Positions 47,615 through 57,498 of a stretch of 64,000 nucleotides of DNA are shown in pieces; position 1 is the stretch's first letter; every line of letters starts with the position of its first letter. The position numbers were made by a program, and so were the translations under genes. Under the pieces are notes generated by a model. It saw only the letters and a program-made list of their open reading frames with translations. It ran no database searches and was not told the origin of the DNA. This stretch comes from a virus (Duplodnaviria > Caudoviricetes), in the IMG/VR virus record IMGVR_UViG_2595698902_000001, positions 64,001 through 128,000 of that record. The stretch is one strand, 5' to 3'.

Positions 47615-49239
47615 TGGCTAAATCCAAAAAAGAAGTGGCGAAAGTTAAGAATACTTCCGTCACGACGATGAAGAAAGAAAAGAAATCCAAAGAGCCGAAG
47701 GATATCGTCAACAACGGCGGCATTCTGAAAATCACTTCGCTCTATCCGGCTAAGGCGCAGGAAATCAAAGAGCAGTCGATCAAATCATTCAGTGATGAAG
47801 CGCTGTTTGTTTATGGTTCCTACGTGGTGGAAGATCGGGCGGTTCCCGACTTCCGCGACGGCCTGAAACCTGTGCATCGCGCTGTTTTGTGGTCGCTGGC
47901 TGGCCTCGGTCTGCGCTCTGACAAAGCGTTCAAGAAATCGGCGCGTACTGTTGGTGATGCAATTGGTAAATATCACCCGCACGGCGACGGCGCTTGCTAC
48001 GGCGCAATGGTTACAATTGCGAACAGTAACCCGCCACTGGTAAGCGGCCAAGGTGGTTACGGTAAACCGGACGGCACGCCAGCATCTGCCTATCGTTACA
48101 CCGAAGCGAAAATGTCGAAGTTCACTGACATGTTTTTGCTGGATGCGCAGTATCTGAAAGTGGTTCCGCACGTCCCGAACTTCTCGAATGACGACAAGCT
48201 CCCGCTGTACCTGCCTGCGTTGCTGCCGACACTGTTTTTCATTACCTCGACGCCGCCCCCGGCCTACGGCGTAAAAGTCGGCAACCCTGCGTTCTCGATG
48301 GGCACCATTTCCAAAGTCGTTATCGACATGCTCAACGGCAAAGAGTACACGCCGAAAAAGCTGGCTGAAACTCTGAAAATTTTCCACCCGTTCGGCTGCA
48401 TCGACGTGTCGAAAGATGAAGCCATCGAAGAAATGATGGCGACCGGCAAAGGCTCGGTGCAGTACATGCCTGTTGTCGATACCGATATCGAAAAGCGCAC
48501 AATCAATATTCGTTCTTTCTGCCCCGGCACGCTGGCGGGTGAGGATACGATTGCGCGCACCGTGGAAAAACTGGCGAACATTGACGGCGTGAAAAACGCC
48601 TACAACACGCCGGGCAAAAACGTTAAGGGTTCCGGTCCTTATGGTGCGCTGATTTCGGTCAGCTGCCCAAAGAACATGGACGAAGACCGCTTCGATGAAA
48701 TCTGCGCACAAGTGGATAAAATCGTGCGTAGTTCGGTGTCGTACCGTCTCGGTATCACCGTGCGGAAATCTGGCACCGAGGCGAACGAATTCAAATACGT
48801 TAACTTTGTCCAGTATTTCAATGCGTGGATCAAGTACCGCATCCGTCTGGAAGAGCGCCTGATCGAGAGCCTGTTGGAAAAAGCGGCCAAAGATTTGCAC
48901 CTCAACGAAGTGTACTTGTATGCGGTAAAAAACCGTGACCAGTTGCTGAAAGTTTTGGGCAAGGTGCTGGCCTCGAAAGACCCAGCTGGTGCGCTGGCTA
49001 AGGCACTCAGGATGCCGGTGGAAGACGCCGAAATTATTCTTGAGCGAAAAGTAAAACAGCTGGCTGCGCTGGAGGCCTCGGACCTTGAAAAGAAAATCAA
49101 GGATATCAAAGCCGAAATCAAAGCGCTTAAAGCTGACCAGAAGGAACCGGGCAAACGCGCTGCACGCGATACCGTCGAGCGAGTCAAACGCTACATGAAA
49201 CGCCCGGACGTAACCCAATCTGGAATTCCTGTGGAGTAA
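47614..49239 (+). CDS. gyrA: type IIA topoisomerase A subunit (GyrA/ParC-like, lacking the C-terminal pinwheel)
   Basis: DRAVPDFRDGLKPVHR, KKSARTVG, YHPHGD, catalytic AYRYTE. Confidence 0.93.
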   Translation: MAKSKKEVAKVKNTSVTTMKKEKKSKEPKDIVNNGGILKITSLYPAKAQEIKEQSIKSFSDEALFVYGSYVVEDRAVPDFRDGLKPVHRAVLWSLAGLGLRSDKAFKKSARTVGDAIGKYHPHGDGACYGAMVTIANSNPPLVSGQGGYGKPDGTPASAYRYTEAKMSKFTDMFLLDAQYLKVVPHVPNFSNDDKLPLYLPALLPTLFFITSTPPPAYGVKVGNPAFSMGTISKVVIDMLNGKEYTPKKLAETLKIFHPFGCIDVSKDEAIEEMMATGKGSVQYMPVVDTDIEKRTINIRSFCPGTLAGEDTIARTVEKLANIDGVKNAYNTPGKNVKGSGPYGALISVSCPKNMDEDRFDEICAQVDKIVRSSVSYRLGITVRKSGTEANEFKYVNFVQYFNAWIKYRIRLEERLIESLLEKAAKDLHLNEVYLYAVKNRDQLLKVLGKVLASKDPAGALAKALRMPVEDAEIILERKVKQLAALEASDLEKKIKDIKAEIKALKADQKEPGKRAARDTVERVKRYMKRPDVTQSGIPVE

Positions 49240-49242
49240 GCC

Positions 49243-49758
49243 ATGTCTGATGAAAAAATCTTTTCGCTTAGCAGCGACGTTGATTTCAATATTATCGTTT
49301 ACTGCCTCATGCGTGCTGTCCACCTGCCTGAGCTGGAAGGGCAAGAGTTGCCGCTGGTTGATACGTGGTTTGCAGTGCCTGCTGTGAAGCACGGCCCGAT
49401 GGTCGCGCTGGCCTACGGCGATATCGAAATGGCAGCTTTGCAAATGATCGATGCAGACGGAAAAGTTGTGAAGGCGCACCGCGTCAATCCGCACACTGTT
49501 CCGCCGCTGACCAACTACGAAATGGATTTGGTCAGAAAAGAAGCTTTCGACATTCCGCTGTGGGAGAAAACGACCAATACGCCGTTCCCCTACGCGACCA
49601 TGTTTGACAAAGACTTGTCGAAGCGTCGATTCGTGGAATCGGGCAGCACGAAATCCACCATGCTAAACATCGAATCTACCAACGAAACGTACAACATCAT
49701 CCGCAAGAAAATTCAGCCGCGACCCTGCACGACTTGCGGCGGGGGCAAACGTAAATGA
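49243..49758 (+). CDS. hypothetical protein with a C-terminal CxxC
   Basis: GGAG RBS; CTTCGGG. Confidence 0.75.
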   Translation: MSDEKIFSLSSDVDFNIIVYCLMRAVHLPELEGQELPLVDTWFAVPAVKHGPMVALAYGDIEMAALQMIDADGKVVKAHRVNPHTVPPLTNYEMDLVRKEAFDIPLWEKTTNTPFPYATMFDKDLSKRRFVESGSTKSTMLNIESTNETYNIIRKKIQPRPCTTCGGGKRK

Positions 49759-50216
49759 GCGAAGCGTATGCTCTTCTGCAAAAAGAGCTGGGAACCGACG
49801 TTGTAACCTACGGAGCGATTCACAAAAACTTCGTGAGTAAGCCGGTTCCGAAAATGGTTGTCTCGCTGATTCATTTGACGATGCAGCCGCTGGTGAATGG
49901 GGAATTGCTCGGTGCGGATACTGTGATTTTTCCCGCAATGGCTGAATTGCTTTACATCGAAGGTTTGGCTATCAGTTCCTACATCGACAAGGCGCACGCG
50001 CAAGAGCATCCGATGGATAAGCGTTATTTGCTTCGCTATCTGGAGCACCTTTGCCTGCGCCACGGCACGGAAAATCAAACGGCTATTGGTTTTGGTCACA
50101 CCGTTATCTACAGCCGCAAGCCGCTGGGCGATCAATACAAATCGTTCGACAATACCCAATATGTTCCGCCATTGACGGGGCACTGGGCAATTGCCGGTCG
50201 GGCGCCTCAACTTTAA
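49755..50216 (+). CDS. hypothetical protein
   Basis: coupled ORF. Confidence 0.75.
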   Translation: MSEAYALLQKELGTDVVTYGAIHKNFVSKPVPKMVVSLIHLTMQPLVNGELLGADTVIFPAMAELLYIEGLAISSYIDKAHAQEHPMDKRYLLRYLEHLCLRHGTENQTAIGFGHTVIYSRKPLGDQYKSFDNTQYVPPLTGHWAIAGRAPQL

Positions 50217-50225
50217 CTGTAAATT
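50215..50225 (+). promoter_or_regulatory. AACTGTAAATT promoter-motif variant
   Basis: intergenic, upstream of the 50280 ORF and exonuclease operon. Confidence 0.55.
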
Positions 50226-50279
50226 CAGGGTAGGTGAACGTGATTTGCCTGCCCTAATTTCAAAATCCGGTACATCGCA

Positions 50280-50510
50280 ATGGAACACGCAATACACGGA
50301 CTCATTAGCAGGTTGCAAATCGCTTATTACATGGCCGCGCTTGACTCTTCGCACGACGAAGCCTGCGCCGTTATGCGAGCTGTAGCGCAGAAATCTTTGC
50401 GCAATGGTTTGGTCCCGCATCATTTGCTTTTGCACGCAAACGCATTCGTGAAGTCGGACAATCCGCTGGAGCTGTCGGAACGAACGCAAGCGCTGTTTGC
50501 CAAGCGCTAA
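50280..50510 (+). CDS. hypothetical protein
   Basis: 76-aa ORF filling the gap. Confidence 0.55.
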   Translation: MEHAIHGLISRLQIAYYMAALDSSHDEACAVMRAVAQKSLRNGLVPHHLLLHANAFVKSDNPLELSERTQALFAKR

Positions 50511-50520
50511 GGACCGCGCT

Positions 50521-50943
50521 ATGAAAGATAAAATCGTCTTTGCGTCTGTGAACCGCACAAAGAAACACGAAACGTTTCTGGAATCGGTAAGCATGGAAGG
50601 CCCCGGCTCGCAGCCAATGCTGTTGGAGCTGCTGAAAACGCGCAATGTTTTCACACATGTGCGCAGGCCCGGTAAGTCATTGACGTTTTACCATGATCCA
50701 GCCTTTACCGAGGACGAACTTGCGGCAATTGCAGTGCCGACGAACAAGGCCGCAATCGGTAGGATTGGCTCACGAATTTTTATTGCAGTGCCGTACACTC
50801 GCACCCGGTTGGAAGCCAGCCTAGTTTGCAGTGCGCGGCTGCTGCATATGCTACGTATGCCCATACGCCTGATTACTCATGCGTCTGATCTTTCGTATAA
50901 AGCAGACGGCGAAGAAAAGGCTGATCCGCGTTTCAAGGATTAA
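50521..50943 (+). CDS. hypothetical protein
   Basis: AAGGA RBS before ATG 50521. Confidence 0.7.
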   Translation: MKDKIVFASVNRTKKHETFLESVSMEGPGSQPMLLELLKTRNVFTHVRRPGKSLTFYHDPAFTEDELAAIAVPTNKAAIGRIGSRIFIAVPYTRTRLEASLVCSARLLHMLRMPIRLITHASDLSYKADGEEKADPRFKD

Positions 50944-50946
50944 ATC

Positions 50947-51792
50947 ATGACCCTACTTTCGGTAGACGGCACCAACACGATGCACCGTGCGCACCATGCG
51001 ATACGATACATGGAACACAAAGGGACGCCGACAAATGCCATCGTCGGGTTCTTTAACATTGTGCGTTCTAATTTGAAAATCACTGGCGCCACACACGCCC
51101 TCGCTTCTTTCGACCGCCCCGGCGAAAACTTCCGGCATAAGCTGCACCCGGATTACAAAGGGCATCGGGAAAAGAATCCTGAGAAGAGCGCAGCGCTGGC
51201 GAAACAATTGCCAATCATTTGCGAATTGCTGGATGCTTTGAACTTTCCGTTTTTCGGCAAGCGCGGCATCGAAGCGGATGACGTGATTGGTTCCACCGCC
51301 TACAACTACACGGGCGGATTGGCCTACATCCTGTCGGGTGACAAAGACTTTGCGCAGGAATTGACTGCAAAGCACGTTCGATTGATCAACCCGAACAAAA
51401 AGCTAACCGTTACGCCCAAAATGTGCAAAGACGTTTACGGCGTTCGCCCAAAGCATATGATTGATTTCCTAATGCTGGATGGCGATGAAATCGACGGAAT
51501 CGACGGAATACCCGGCGTTGGCCCGGTAACGGCCATTAAGCTGATTGAAGAGTTCGGAAAGGCGGAAAACATTCCATTGGATCGTTTCCCACCAAAATCA
51601 AAAACTGTAAATATAAAGCAAAGGCTAAAGCTTAATCGAAAGCTTGTAACGATTAGGCATGACCTGTATGATGCGAATATGGAATTGGATTTGTCAATTT
51701 CAGATAGTATCAACACCAAAGCCTTCAAAAAGATTTGTGAGCGATACGGATTGGATAAGCTAAAGCAGTCCGTATTGACGCATGGCTTGTAG
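50947..51792 (+). CDS. 5'-3' exonuclease/flap endonuclease (Pol I N-domain, T4 RNase H-like)
   Basis: VDG, FRHKLHPDYKGHR, EADDVIG, SGDKDF, GDEIDGIDGIPGVGPVTA (H3TH). Confidence 0.93.
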   Translation: MTLLSVDGTNTMHRAHHAIRYMEHKGTPTNAIVGFFNIVRSNLKITGATHALASFDRPGENFRHKLHPDYKGHREKNPEKSAALAKQLPIICELLDALNFPFFGKRGIEADDVIGSTAYNYTGGLAYILSGDKDFAQELTAKHVRLINPNKKLTVTPKMCKDVYGVRPKHMIDFLMLDGDEIDGIDGIPGVGPVTAIKLIEEFGKAENIPLDRFPPKSKTVNIKQRLKLNRKLVTIRHDLYDANMELDLSISDSINTKAFKKICERYGLDKLKQSVLTHGL

Positions 51793-51861
51793 GTAACTAC
51801 AAATACCGGGATGACCCGGATAATCGGCATATCGCCAAAACCCAAAGATGGAATGAAAATC

Positions 51862-52353
51862 ATGTCTGACGTTAAAGTAAAAGTATCGAAAAACGAAGCC
51901 GCTGCCGTTCGCACTCTGGCTACCGCTGAAAAAACCCTGACCCAGCTGAAAGCTGACCTGAAAGCGGCTCAAGGTGTTGCTCGCACCAACGCCAAGCTGG
52001 CCCTGACCACTGGCCCGAAAGTCGTAGCCGGTCTGCAAAAGAACGCTGGCGCCGTTGTCGAATCGATCACCGCCGCGATCACCGTTGCCACCATCGAACG
52101 CGACGACGCAAAAACCGCTCTGAACAAAGTTCGCGCCGATGAAAAGGCTGCTGCTATTCAGAAAGCAAAAGACGACAAAGCTGCGCTGAAAGCAAAAGAA
52201 GCTGCCGCTGCTCAGAAGCTGAAAGATCAAGCTGCTAAAGCCGCTGCCAAAGCTGCACCAAAAGCCAAAGCTCCGGTCGTCGCCGCTGCACCGGTTGCAC
52301 CAGTTGCCGCCAAAGCCCCAAAGGCTACCAAAGCCAAGGTCGTTAAAGCCTAA
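51862..52353 (+). CDS. Ala/Lys-rich coiled-coil protein
   Basis: strong codon bias, downstream terminator. Confidence 0.75.
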   Translation: MSDVKVKVSKNEAAAVRTLATAEKTLTQLKADLKAAQGVARTNAKLALTTGPKVVAGLQKNAGAVVESITAAITVATIERDDAKTALNKVRADEKAAAIQKAKDDKAALKAKEAAAAQKLKDQAAKAAAKAAPKAKAPVVAAAPVAPVAAKAPKATKAKVVKA

Positions 52354-52377
52354 GCTTTCTAGCAACTGATAAAGAGA

Positions 52378-52404
52378 AGCGGCCTAGAAATGGGCCGCTT
52401 TTTT
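52378..52404 (+). terminator. Rho-independent terminator
   Basis: AGCGGCCTA-GAAA-TGGGCCGCTTTTTT. Confidence 0.85.
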
Positions 52405-52425
52405 ATTTTCTACACGGGGAATTCC

Positions 52426-53247
52426 ATGTTTAACGCAAGCGGAATTGTTCAGAACGCTCTGAACGGCATTCATTACCGAGATTTTCTGCGTGACCTGACT
52501 ATCGCCCAGCAAATGAGCGATAACCAATTAAGTCCTGCCTACGTCTCCAACATCGTAGCCGCGATGGGCTGTCGCCTCACGCTGGAAAAAGAAACAATCA
52601 AAGCTGTACCGTTCCACGATACAACCCCCGCCAACGTTCCCTCCTATATGGGCAGCAATCCCCGCCTATCCGTGCTGCCGTACATCAACGCAAACCCTTT
52701 TGTAATCCTTCCCGAGTGGAACACTCTTTATTCCCGGTTAGAAGTCGCGCTGTCGAGTAACAGTCCGGCGCCCGCAATTGTTTACCGCGACATTTGGCAA
52801 ATGAGCAAGGCGCGCAAGCTTTCGCTGCTGAATGCTCCGGCACAAATGATTTGCTTCCCGGTAATGTGCCTCACCGACGGTAACGTTAAGCAGGTTCGCC
52901 TATCGTTCTACAATTTCATTAAGACGCCCGCCGCTTTCTTCAACGGTGCGCCGTGTGTGATTAGCGGGCAACGTCTCAATAAAAGAATTTTCGCGGTCGG
53001 TGCCAACGTCGAGCACAGCTTTGACGGCAACGCTGCAAAAGAAGACGCCCGCGCAATTCTTGCCGAGTTGCATTCTGAATACGCGCAACCGAATCACATT
53101 ACAGAGGCGCAAGGCTATCTCATGCGCGCCCTGTTGGATGTTCGCAAACGGAACGCCGATCACATCCAAGACGTTATGGTTTCCATTCATACCGACGCCA
53201 AAGCAACCCGGACGCTGCCAGCACCGCCAACCAGCTCTAAGGCTTAA
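52426..53247 (+). CDS. hypothetical protein
   Basis: GGGGA RBS before ATG 52426. Confidence 0.75.
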   Translation: MFNASGIVQNALNGIHYRDFLRDLTIAQQMSDNQLSPAYVSNIVAAMGCRLTLEKETIKAVPFHDTTPANVPSYMGSNPRLSVLPYINANPFVILPEWNTLYSRLEVALSSNSPAPAIVYRDIWQMSKARKLSLLNAPAQMICFPVMCLTDGNVKQVRLSFYNFIKTPAAFFNGAPCVISGQRLNKRIFAVGANVEHSFDGNAAKEDARAILAELHSEYAQPNHITEAQGYLMRALLDVRKRNADHIQDVMVSIHTDAKATRTLPAPPTSSKA

Positions 53248-53340
53248 AGGCCCCATTGGCCTACGCGTATGCCCGCCCGCGTATTGAACGGCCTTTGAAC
53301 GGCCCTTATAGATGCCATAGACGTTCAATGCACAAAGCGC

Positions 53341-53369
53341 TTGACCGTATACAGGCCCTTTGCTACCTT
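53341..53369 (+). promoter_or_regulatory. sigma70-type (early) promoter
   Basis: TTGACC-N17-TACCTT with an extended -10 TGn. Confidence 0.65.
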
Positions 53370-53375
53370 AGAGGC

Positions 53376-53600
53376 ATCCGTGACGGAGTGTGGCCGAAAG
53401 CTTTACACTCACGGATTAGAGGAAGTTTCGGCGGACGGCATCTAAAGCGGCTATGCGCTTAGGTACGTTAGCCATGCCTTTATAGGGTGTGCGCGCCGGA
53501 TTTGGTAAGCCTTATGTGTAACGGGCTTGCTTTGTAGTGCTTCCCGTTATGCAGCAAACTAACCCCCCGGCGAGCTTAGGCCGCTACATCACGCTAAATT
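53376..53600 (+). ncRNA. candidate structured leader or ncRNA
   Basis: begins at the predicted TSS with an ATCCGT/GAGTGT...ACACTC/ACGGAT hairpin; further stems TAACGGG/CCCGTTA and GCGGC/GCCGC. Confidence 0.35.
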
Positions 53601-53621
53601 TTAAAACTTTGGAGATTCATC

Positions 53622-55472
53622 ATGGCTAACGAAATGGTTGGTGTTCTGGTAAACGTTATTCGCGGCAAAAAAGAGCCGGTCAAAGAGCGCGTTATCAAGC
53701 AGCTGAAAACTGGCGTGTGCCGTACCGAGGCCGGTACTGAATTCAACGTGTCCGACGTTTTCAATCGCGGCAAAGGTAAATTCGTCACCCTTGGCGCTAA
53801 AGGCGGCGCCGTTGCGAAACCATCGCCAGCAAAAGAAACCGTATCGGCTGCGTCTGCACGTCCGGCCCCTGATGCTGTGACTTTCAAAGAGCTGGAAGAA
53901 AAGAACGGCAAGATTAACGGCGTTGCTGTTGCCCGCTTCCTGAAATCGAAAGGTCTGGTAGAAACCGAAGACGGCAATACTTACGAGCTGGCGAACATTC
54001 GCCGCCGTGGTAAAGGTTTCGTTTGCGACGACGTTGCGGGCACTGCACCGAAGTCCTCCAAAGCTTCGCAGGAAGAAAACACACGCAAGCCGCGTACTAC
54101 CGAAGCCAAGCCAGCAGCCAAAGCTTCGACCAAAGCGCCGAAAGAAACCACCAAAGGCGGCGCGAAGAAAAAGCAAGTCATTCTGGATTTCGACGCTGCA
54201 ACCTTTAGCGCCGATGCTGGTTCGTTCACCAACAACGATATCCGTCACAAGGAAATCGACGTTGACGGCGAATTGACCAAAGTTGATACGCTGTATAAAT
54301 CCGGCAAATTCATCACCGAGGCCGGACACACTCTGCACGTTGACGACGTGCGCGCACTGGCAAATGGCACCTTCTGCGTTTACTCGGAAGAGTACGTAGA
54401 CCAGCTGAAAGAAGCGTTTGAAGAAGAGCAGGCCGCAGCCCAGCGTGAACTGGATAACGCCCGCGAAGCCAGCACGCCGAAAATCAAATACAAAGGCCGC
54501 CGCCTGCACGTTGGCGATACCATCCACGTCATCGAGCACAAATATCGCGACGATACCGTTAAGACCAATAAAGGTCTGCGCGTTGCGATTGAAGAAATCG
54601 AAGTCATTAACGAACGCCTCGTTTACACCGGCGAAATTCAACAGCCAAAAACCAGTGGCGCACTGCCGAAGAAACGTAACGTTCCGGTCGCTCCACAAGC
54701 ACCGCGCAAAGTTACAGAATTCGATCCAGAAACCGCCGCCGATCTGCGCGACGTGCTGGGCGACGCAATCCGCAAAGTAATCGCGACCGATTACGTGCTG
54801 GACGTTGTAAGCGTGTTCGGTTCGCGTGGTCAGAAATTCTTTACCCTCGGCGTTACGCTCGCACTGCCCGACGTGACCGAGGATGAAATTCAGGATTTTC
54901 TGACTCGCCAGAATTCTGAAAACTATTCCGACGATAAAAACTCGGACCACGGTTCGCACCAGCTTCCTGATGAAGAGGAAGAGGACGAAGACGAAGTAGA
55001 CGAAGACGAACAGGAGGAAGAGGAAGACGAACAGGAGGAAGAGGAAGACGAACAGGAGGAAGAGGAAGACGAAGAACTGGAAGTTGACGAAGAGCTGGAA
55101 GTTGACAGCGATTTCGGTAAACACCAGACTTTTGAAACCGAAGCCGAAACTTCTTTCCCTGCTGATCCGTCCGCCGATATCAAAGGCGCTGATGGCCGTA
55201 TGCAGGCAATCATTAAACGCGCTGGTTACTTCAAAGCAATGCACAACGCGGCAACAGAGTGGTACAGCTCGCAGGAAGTCTTCGACGCTTTCGGTTACGA
55301 AATCGAACCGGGCCAGTGCGTTAAAGTCGATGGCGAAGACCATATGCTGTTTGGTCTGTTCAACGGCGAAATTGGCCTGATGCGTGTTAGCACTCAGTCC
55401 GTGCGTAAGGGCGTTAACTTCGACGTGTTCAAATCCATTTGCGCACAAAACGATATCGAACTGCCGCAATAA
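53622..55472 (+). CDS. hypothetical protein with four ~40-aa small beta-domain repeats and an acidic tract
   Basis: GGAG RBS; repeats with a G...TE.G....V.DV pattern. Confidence 0.85.
   Translation: MANEMVGVLVNVIRGKKEPVKERVIKQLKTGVCRTEAGTEFNVSDVFNRGKGKFVTLGAKGGAVAKPSPAKETVSAASARPAPDAVTFKELEEKNGKINGVAVARFLKSKGLVETEDGNTYELANIRRRGKGFVCDDVAGTAPKSSKASQEENTRKPRTTEAKPAAKASTKAPKETTKGGAKKKQVILDFDAATFSADAGSFTNNDIRHKEIDVDGELTKVDTLYKSGKFITEAGHTLHVDDVRALANGTFCVYSEEYVDQLKEAFEEEQAAAQRELDNAREASTPKIKYKGRRLHVGDTIHVIEHKYRDDTVKTNKGLRVAIEEIEVINERLVYTGEIQQPKTSGALPKKRNVPVAPQAPRKVTEFDPETAADLRDVLGDAIRKVIATDYVLDVVSVFGSRGQKFFTLGVTLALPDVTEDEIQDFLTRQNSENYSDDKNSDHGSHQLPDEEEEDEDEVDEDEQEEEEDEQEEEEDEQEEEEDEELEVDEELEVDSDFGKHQTFETEAETSFPADPSADIKGADGRMQAIIKRAGYFKAMHNAATEWYSSQEVFDAFGYEIEPGQCVKVDGEDHMLFGLFNGEIGLMRVSTQSVRKGVNFDVFKSICAQNDIELPQ
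54969..55100 (+). repeat. acidic coding repeat (GAACAGGAGGAAGAGGAAGAC)x3
   Basis: directly visible in the sequence. Confidence 0.85.
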
Positions 55473-55543
55473 ACACCGCGAATCGGGGCACGGAATAATT
55501 CGCGCCCCAATACGCCCACCACATTAAGATTAGAGGCAATCAC

Positions 55544-56656
55544 ATGAACATTTTTGAACAACTGAAAAACGCCGCTTACCCAGCCCTGCAAACCACCTAT
55601 CGCGAAATCGCGTCGTCTATTTTCAGCACGTCGCCGGATGAACTGAGCGAGTGGCGCGAAGTCGATCCTATCGACGTTGGCTACGATGAAGACGCCGACC
55701 CGATGCACGCTAAGCGTGTGGTTTTCCCACTGTGGGAAATTCTGCCTTACGAATTCCAATCAGAGGCCGTGCATTCTGTTCTGTCCGCGCTGGATTTGGA
55801 ATACGAAACTTTCCATTACACCGCCGACATTCCGGGCTATATCATCGCGTACATTACCAGCGATCCGTTCGACCCTGCTGATATCATCGCTTTCTTTGGC
55901 GACCAAGAAGAGGAAGAGGAAGACGAAGAGCACGAAGAGGAAGAGGACGACGACGATAATCTGATCCCGCAGCGTTCGGGCGAAGTCGTGCGATTGGTTC
56001 CGCCCACTGCTGAATTGCAGCGACATGTCGTAGAAGACGAACCGTTTGACGTTGAAGACGAGCCGCTTGATATCGAAGTCGAACCGCTGCAACCGGAAGT
56101 AGCGACCCAGCCTGAAACCGCACCACAAGCGCCTGTAAGCGAAACCCCGGCCCCTGTCCTTACCGATGTTCGCGAAGTGGCTCAAACCGCACAGGAAGAG
56201 CAACCAGCGCCAGAAGTGCAGGCCGAACCAGCGCCAGAAGTGCAAGCCGAATCAGAGGCCGAACAAGCCTCGGTAATGGACGTGCAACCGGCTGTAGAAC
56301 CAGAACCGCAAAAACCGCAAGGCCCGGTACAAGATGATCCTGAATTGATCGTTGCGCGCCACGCTGAAAAACTGCAATTGCTGCAAGGCCGAGTGCCTAC
56401 CGATGTTCTCACTGAATTCAACGGTGAAAACAATGTTCTTTCGGTTGTGTACGAACGCCCGGTCGGTGCGGATATTTCCGAAGGCACCACCAGCGACGAA
56501 TGCCGTATCACCATGAAAAACGAACCGTTCCCGCCAGTTGGGCCTGTGCGTTTCCTCGATTTCTTCTACATGCACGACATGCAAGGCGATTTGCTGGTGC
56601 GTGCTGCGAGTGAAGACGCCGTGCTGCAAACGCTTGACAATCTGATGGGCAACTAA
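55544..56656 (+). CDS. acidic Pro/Glu-rich hypothetical protein
   Basis: GAGG RBS; 370 aa. Confidence 0.8.
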   Translation: MNIFEQLKNAAYPALQTTYREIASSIFSTSPDELSEWREVDPIDVGYDEDADPMHAKRVVFPLWEILPYEFQSEAVHSVLSALDLEYETFHYTADIPGYIIAYITSDPFDPADIIAFFGDQEEEEEDEEHEEEEDDDDNLIPQRSGEVVRLVPPTAELQRHVVEDEPFDVEDEPLDIEVEPLQPEVATQPETAPQAPVSETPAPVLTDVREVAQTAQEEQPAPEVQAEPAPEVQAESEAEQASVMDVQPAVEPEPQKPQGPVQDDPELIVARHAEKLQLLQGRVPTDVLTEFNGENNVLSVVYERPVGADISEGTTSDECRITMKNEPFPPVGPVRFLDFFYMHDMQGDLLVRAASEDAVLQTLDNLMGN

Positions 56657-56679
56657 TCGAAAGCTGCATTAATTAATTC

Positions 56680-56714
56680 GGGGAAGGACCGGGTTTCTGG
56701 TCCCTCCCCTTTTT
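56680..56714 (+). terminator. Rho-independent terminator
   Basis: GGGGAAGGACC...GGTCCCTCCCCTTTTT. Confidence 0.75.
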
Positions 56715-56732
56715 CGTTTCGGGAAAAACCAC

Positions 56733-57191
56733 ATGACTAACGCCGTAACCCGCGAGCAAAAAATCGAATCCATTGAATCCATTCTGCTGATGCACGCAAA
56801 GGATTTCGCCGGGTTCCAACTCACCACGCATTACTCCGGTCTGCAAGGCCCGCACGTTGCAATCAAAACCTCCCAATACGAAGGCGACGTAACCGTCGAA
56901 TTCAGCGGCTCCGTTGTCCGCTTCGATATCGAAGGTTTCCGCCAGCGCTTCGCTGACACCTCTGCGTTTTTCAATTTCTTCAAGCGCACGCTGCAAGCCC
57001 CTAGCGCAGCCTGTGTTTCCCTCGCCGCCGCGCTCCACGGTAAAACCGCTGGCGTTTGCGTCATTGCCGAGCACAATAAAATCCTTTACATGTTCACCGA
57101 GAAAGAAGGCATGAACAATATGTTTGAGGCCAGCTTCAACAATCAGAAAACTCTGATGGCCTTGACCGATATCATTTCTATTTTCTCCTGA
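56733..57191 (+). CDS. hypothetical protein
   Basis: 152-aa ORF. Confidence 0.75.
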   Translation: MTNAVTREQKIESIESILLMHAKDFAGFQLTTHYSGLQGPHVAIKTSQYEGDVTVEFSGSVVRFDIEGFRQRFADTSAFFNFFKRTLQAPSAACVSLAAALHGKTAGVCVIAEHNKILYMFTEKEGMNNMFEASFNNQKTLMALTDIISIFS

Positions 57192-57216
57192 TCAAATCGC
57201 GAAAGGAAAATCGGTT

Positions 57217-57495
57217 ATGAACTACGCTACGCTCGCCTCCGCCGTTCTTGGCCTGATGGAGCATCACCCCTATATCATCACCGATAACCCAACGACTGAC
57301 ACCGCATATGATGCGGCGTGCAATTTGAATCGTGCGCTCGACTTGCTGCCCGATGCGTTGCCTTGCCGTGCATTTGCAACTCCCGGCAATACGTTTTTTG
57401 TTATTCGCGTTTCTGAAATCGCAGAGAATATCGACCTGCTCGAAACCCACTGCGACAAACGCCACCTACAAGACATTCAGCAATTTGCGAGCTGA
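57217..57495 (+). CDS. hypothetical protein
   Basis: AAGGA RBS. Confidence 0.7.
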   Translation: MNYATLASAVLGLMEHHPYIITDNPTTDTAYDAACNLNRALDLLPDALPCRAFATPGNTFFVIRVSEIAENIDLLETHCDKRHLQDIQQFAS

Positions 57496-57498
57496 CCT

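Noticed and set aside
45467-49494. 694-aa and 569-aa minus-strand ORFs (also 53601-55469)
   Set aside because: They are antisense shadows of gyrB, gyrA and the repeat protein.
53248-53621. tRNA or tmRNA in intergenic gaps (also 34891-35638 and 60205-60396)
   Set aside because: No cloverleaf with a GTTCRA T-loop and matching acceptor stem was found by eye.
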